From an uncultured bacterium (GTDB lineage: Bacteria > Actinomycetota > Acidimicrobiia > Spongiisociales > UBA5794): a stretch of DNA of 64,000 nt. A program made the position numbers and the translations under genes. The stretch spans positions 288,060 through 352,059 of the forward strand of contig CAVZRA010000004.1 of NCBI GenBank assembly GCA_963777645.1, written 5' to 3'. Below the pieces are notes generated by a model. That model saw nothing but the letters and a program-made list of their open reading frames with translations, searched no databases and was not told the origin of the DNA. How positions within the stretch are numbered: the stretch's first letter is position 1; each line of letters starts with the position of its first letter. Of the stretch, positions 63,260-64,000 are shown piece by piece.

Positions 63260-63916
63260 CTACGCCCCGAGGTAGCGGAGCACTGCCAACACGCGGCGGT
63301 TGTCACTCTCCGAAACCGGCAGATCCAGCTTCATGAAGATGCTGGCGATGTGCTTTTCGATCGTTCCCCCGCCGATGTCGAGCAGAGCCGCGATTGCGGA
63401 GTTCGACCGACCTTCGGCGATCAACTCGAGCACATCGTTCTCTCTTGCGGTCAGGCTGGTGGCGATACTCTCGATGCGACGGCTGGCACCGAGCAGCTGT
63501 GCTACCACCTCGGGGTCGAGTGCGGTCCCGCCGGCGGCAACCCGTGTGAGCGCGTCCATGAACTCGCCGACGTCTGCGACGCGATCCTTGAGGAGGTAGC
63601 CGACACCGGCCGGGGTGTCGGCGAGCAGCTCCCTGGCATGGGTGGTCTCGATGTACTGAGAGAACAGCAGCACCGCAGTGTCGGGATGAGTCCGGCGCAG
63701 GGTGAGCGCGGCTCGAAGTCCGTCGTCGGTGAAGGTGGGGCCCATCCTGATGTCGACGATGGCGACGTCGGGCCGGTGGGCTGCAACCGCCTCCAAAAGG
63801 CCGGGGGCATCCTCAACCGCGGCCGGTACTTCGTGCCCCCGCTCCTCCAGCAGGGCTACTAACCCGTTCCGCATGATGGCCGTGTCTTCGGCGATGACGA
63901 TACGCATCGTGCTCAC
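63260..63916 (-). CDS. NarL/LuxR-family response regulator
   Basis: MRIVIAEDTAIMR, PDVAIVDIRM, and a C-terminal HTH LTARENDVLELIAEGRSNSAIAALL. Start at the GTG at 63916 or the ATG at 63907. Confidence 0.85.
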   Translation of the reverse strand: MSTMRIVIAEDTAIMRNGLVALLEERGHEVPAAVEDAPGLLEAVAAHRPDVAIVDIRMGPTFTDDGLRAALTLRRTHPDTAVLLFSQYIETTHARELLADTPAGVGYLLKDRVADVGEFMDALTRVAAGGTALDPEVVAQLLGASRRIESIATSLTARENDVLELIAEGRSNSAIAALLDIGGGTIEKHIASIFMKLDLPVSESDNRRVLAVLRYLGA

Positions 63917-64000
63917 GCCTCCCTGGGGAGATCTACGGTCACGACGGTGGGGCCGTTCCGCGGGCTGGCGACGTTGAGGCTTCCGTCGACTGCAGCCACC
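63913..64000 (-). CDS. Sensor histidine kinase C-terminus (partial; continues beyond the right edge)
   Basis: Manual translation gives ...VAAVDGSLNVASPRNGPTVVTVDLPREA*, a typical HATPase_c end of NarL-partner kinases. The stop overlaps the regulator start (GTGA). Confidence 0.6.
   Translation of the reverse strand, partial: VAAVDGSLNVASPRNGPTVVTVDLPREA

Overview
High-GC, gene-dense chromosomal window, probably actinobacterial. Supporting markers are a GSI plus GSII glutamine synthetase pair, the MSMEG_4193-phosphomutase/DUF3090/SCO1664 trio and a mycothiol-type DinB protein. I see no rRNA, canonical tRNA, CRISPR array, transposase or integrase. Left to right the window holds: selB(partial)-selA; housekeeping genes (FxsA, NUDIX, MBL, M23 peptidase, Mrp/IscA, RidA, ALDH7-like); a glutamine synthetase cluster with a degenerate response regulator; serA-DUF1015; a BMP-type nucleoside ABC transporter next to adenosine deaminase; an ECF sigma gene coupled to an MGMT/Ada fusion; a NEW3-ABC-two-component operon; Na/Pi-PhoU; tryptophanase; a 987-aa beta-helix lipoprotein; a TPP-enzyme/BASS/epimerase/SDR operon; and a second ECF sigma module. 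Most of this is ordinary core genome. Five things deserve a second look. (1) A roughly 0.8 kb stretch without large ORFs (49.2-49.95 kb) has three Shine-Dalgarno-led mini-ORFs, an intrinsic terminator and a tRNA/tmRNA-like T-arm plus acceptor module. (2) Two copies of a roughly 100-nt conserved intergenic element sit just upstream of start codons in unrelated operons. (3) An identical 86-bp tandem repeat lies in a divergent promoter region. (4) Five conserved genes are broken by what look like single-nucleotide indels, which suggests assembly error more than decay. (5) selAB are present with no selC or in-frame-UGA gene visible. I found no convincing complete novel multi-gene system. All function calls rest on motifs recognised by eye in the supplied translations; no database search was run.
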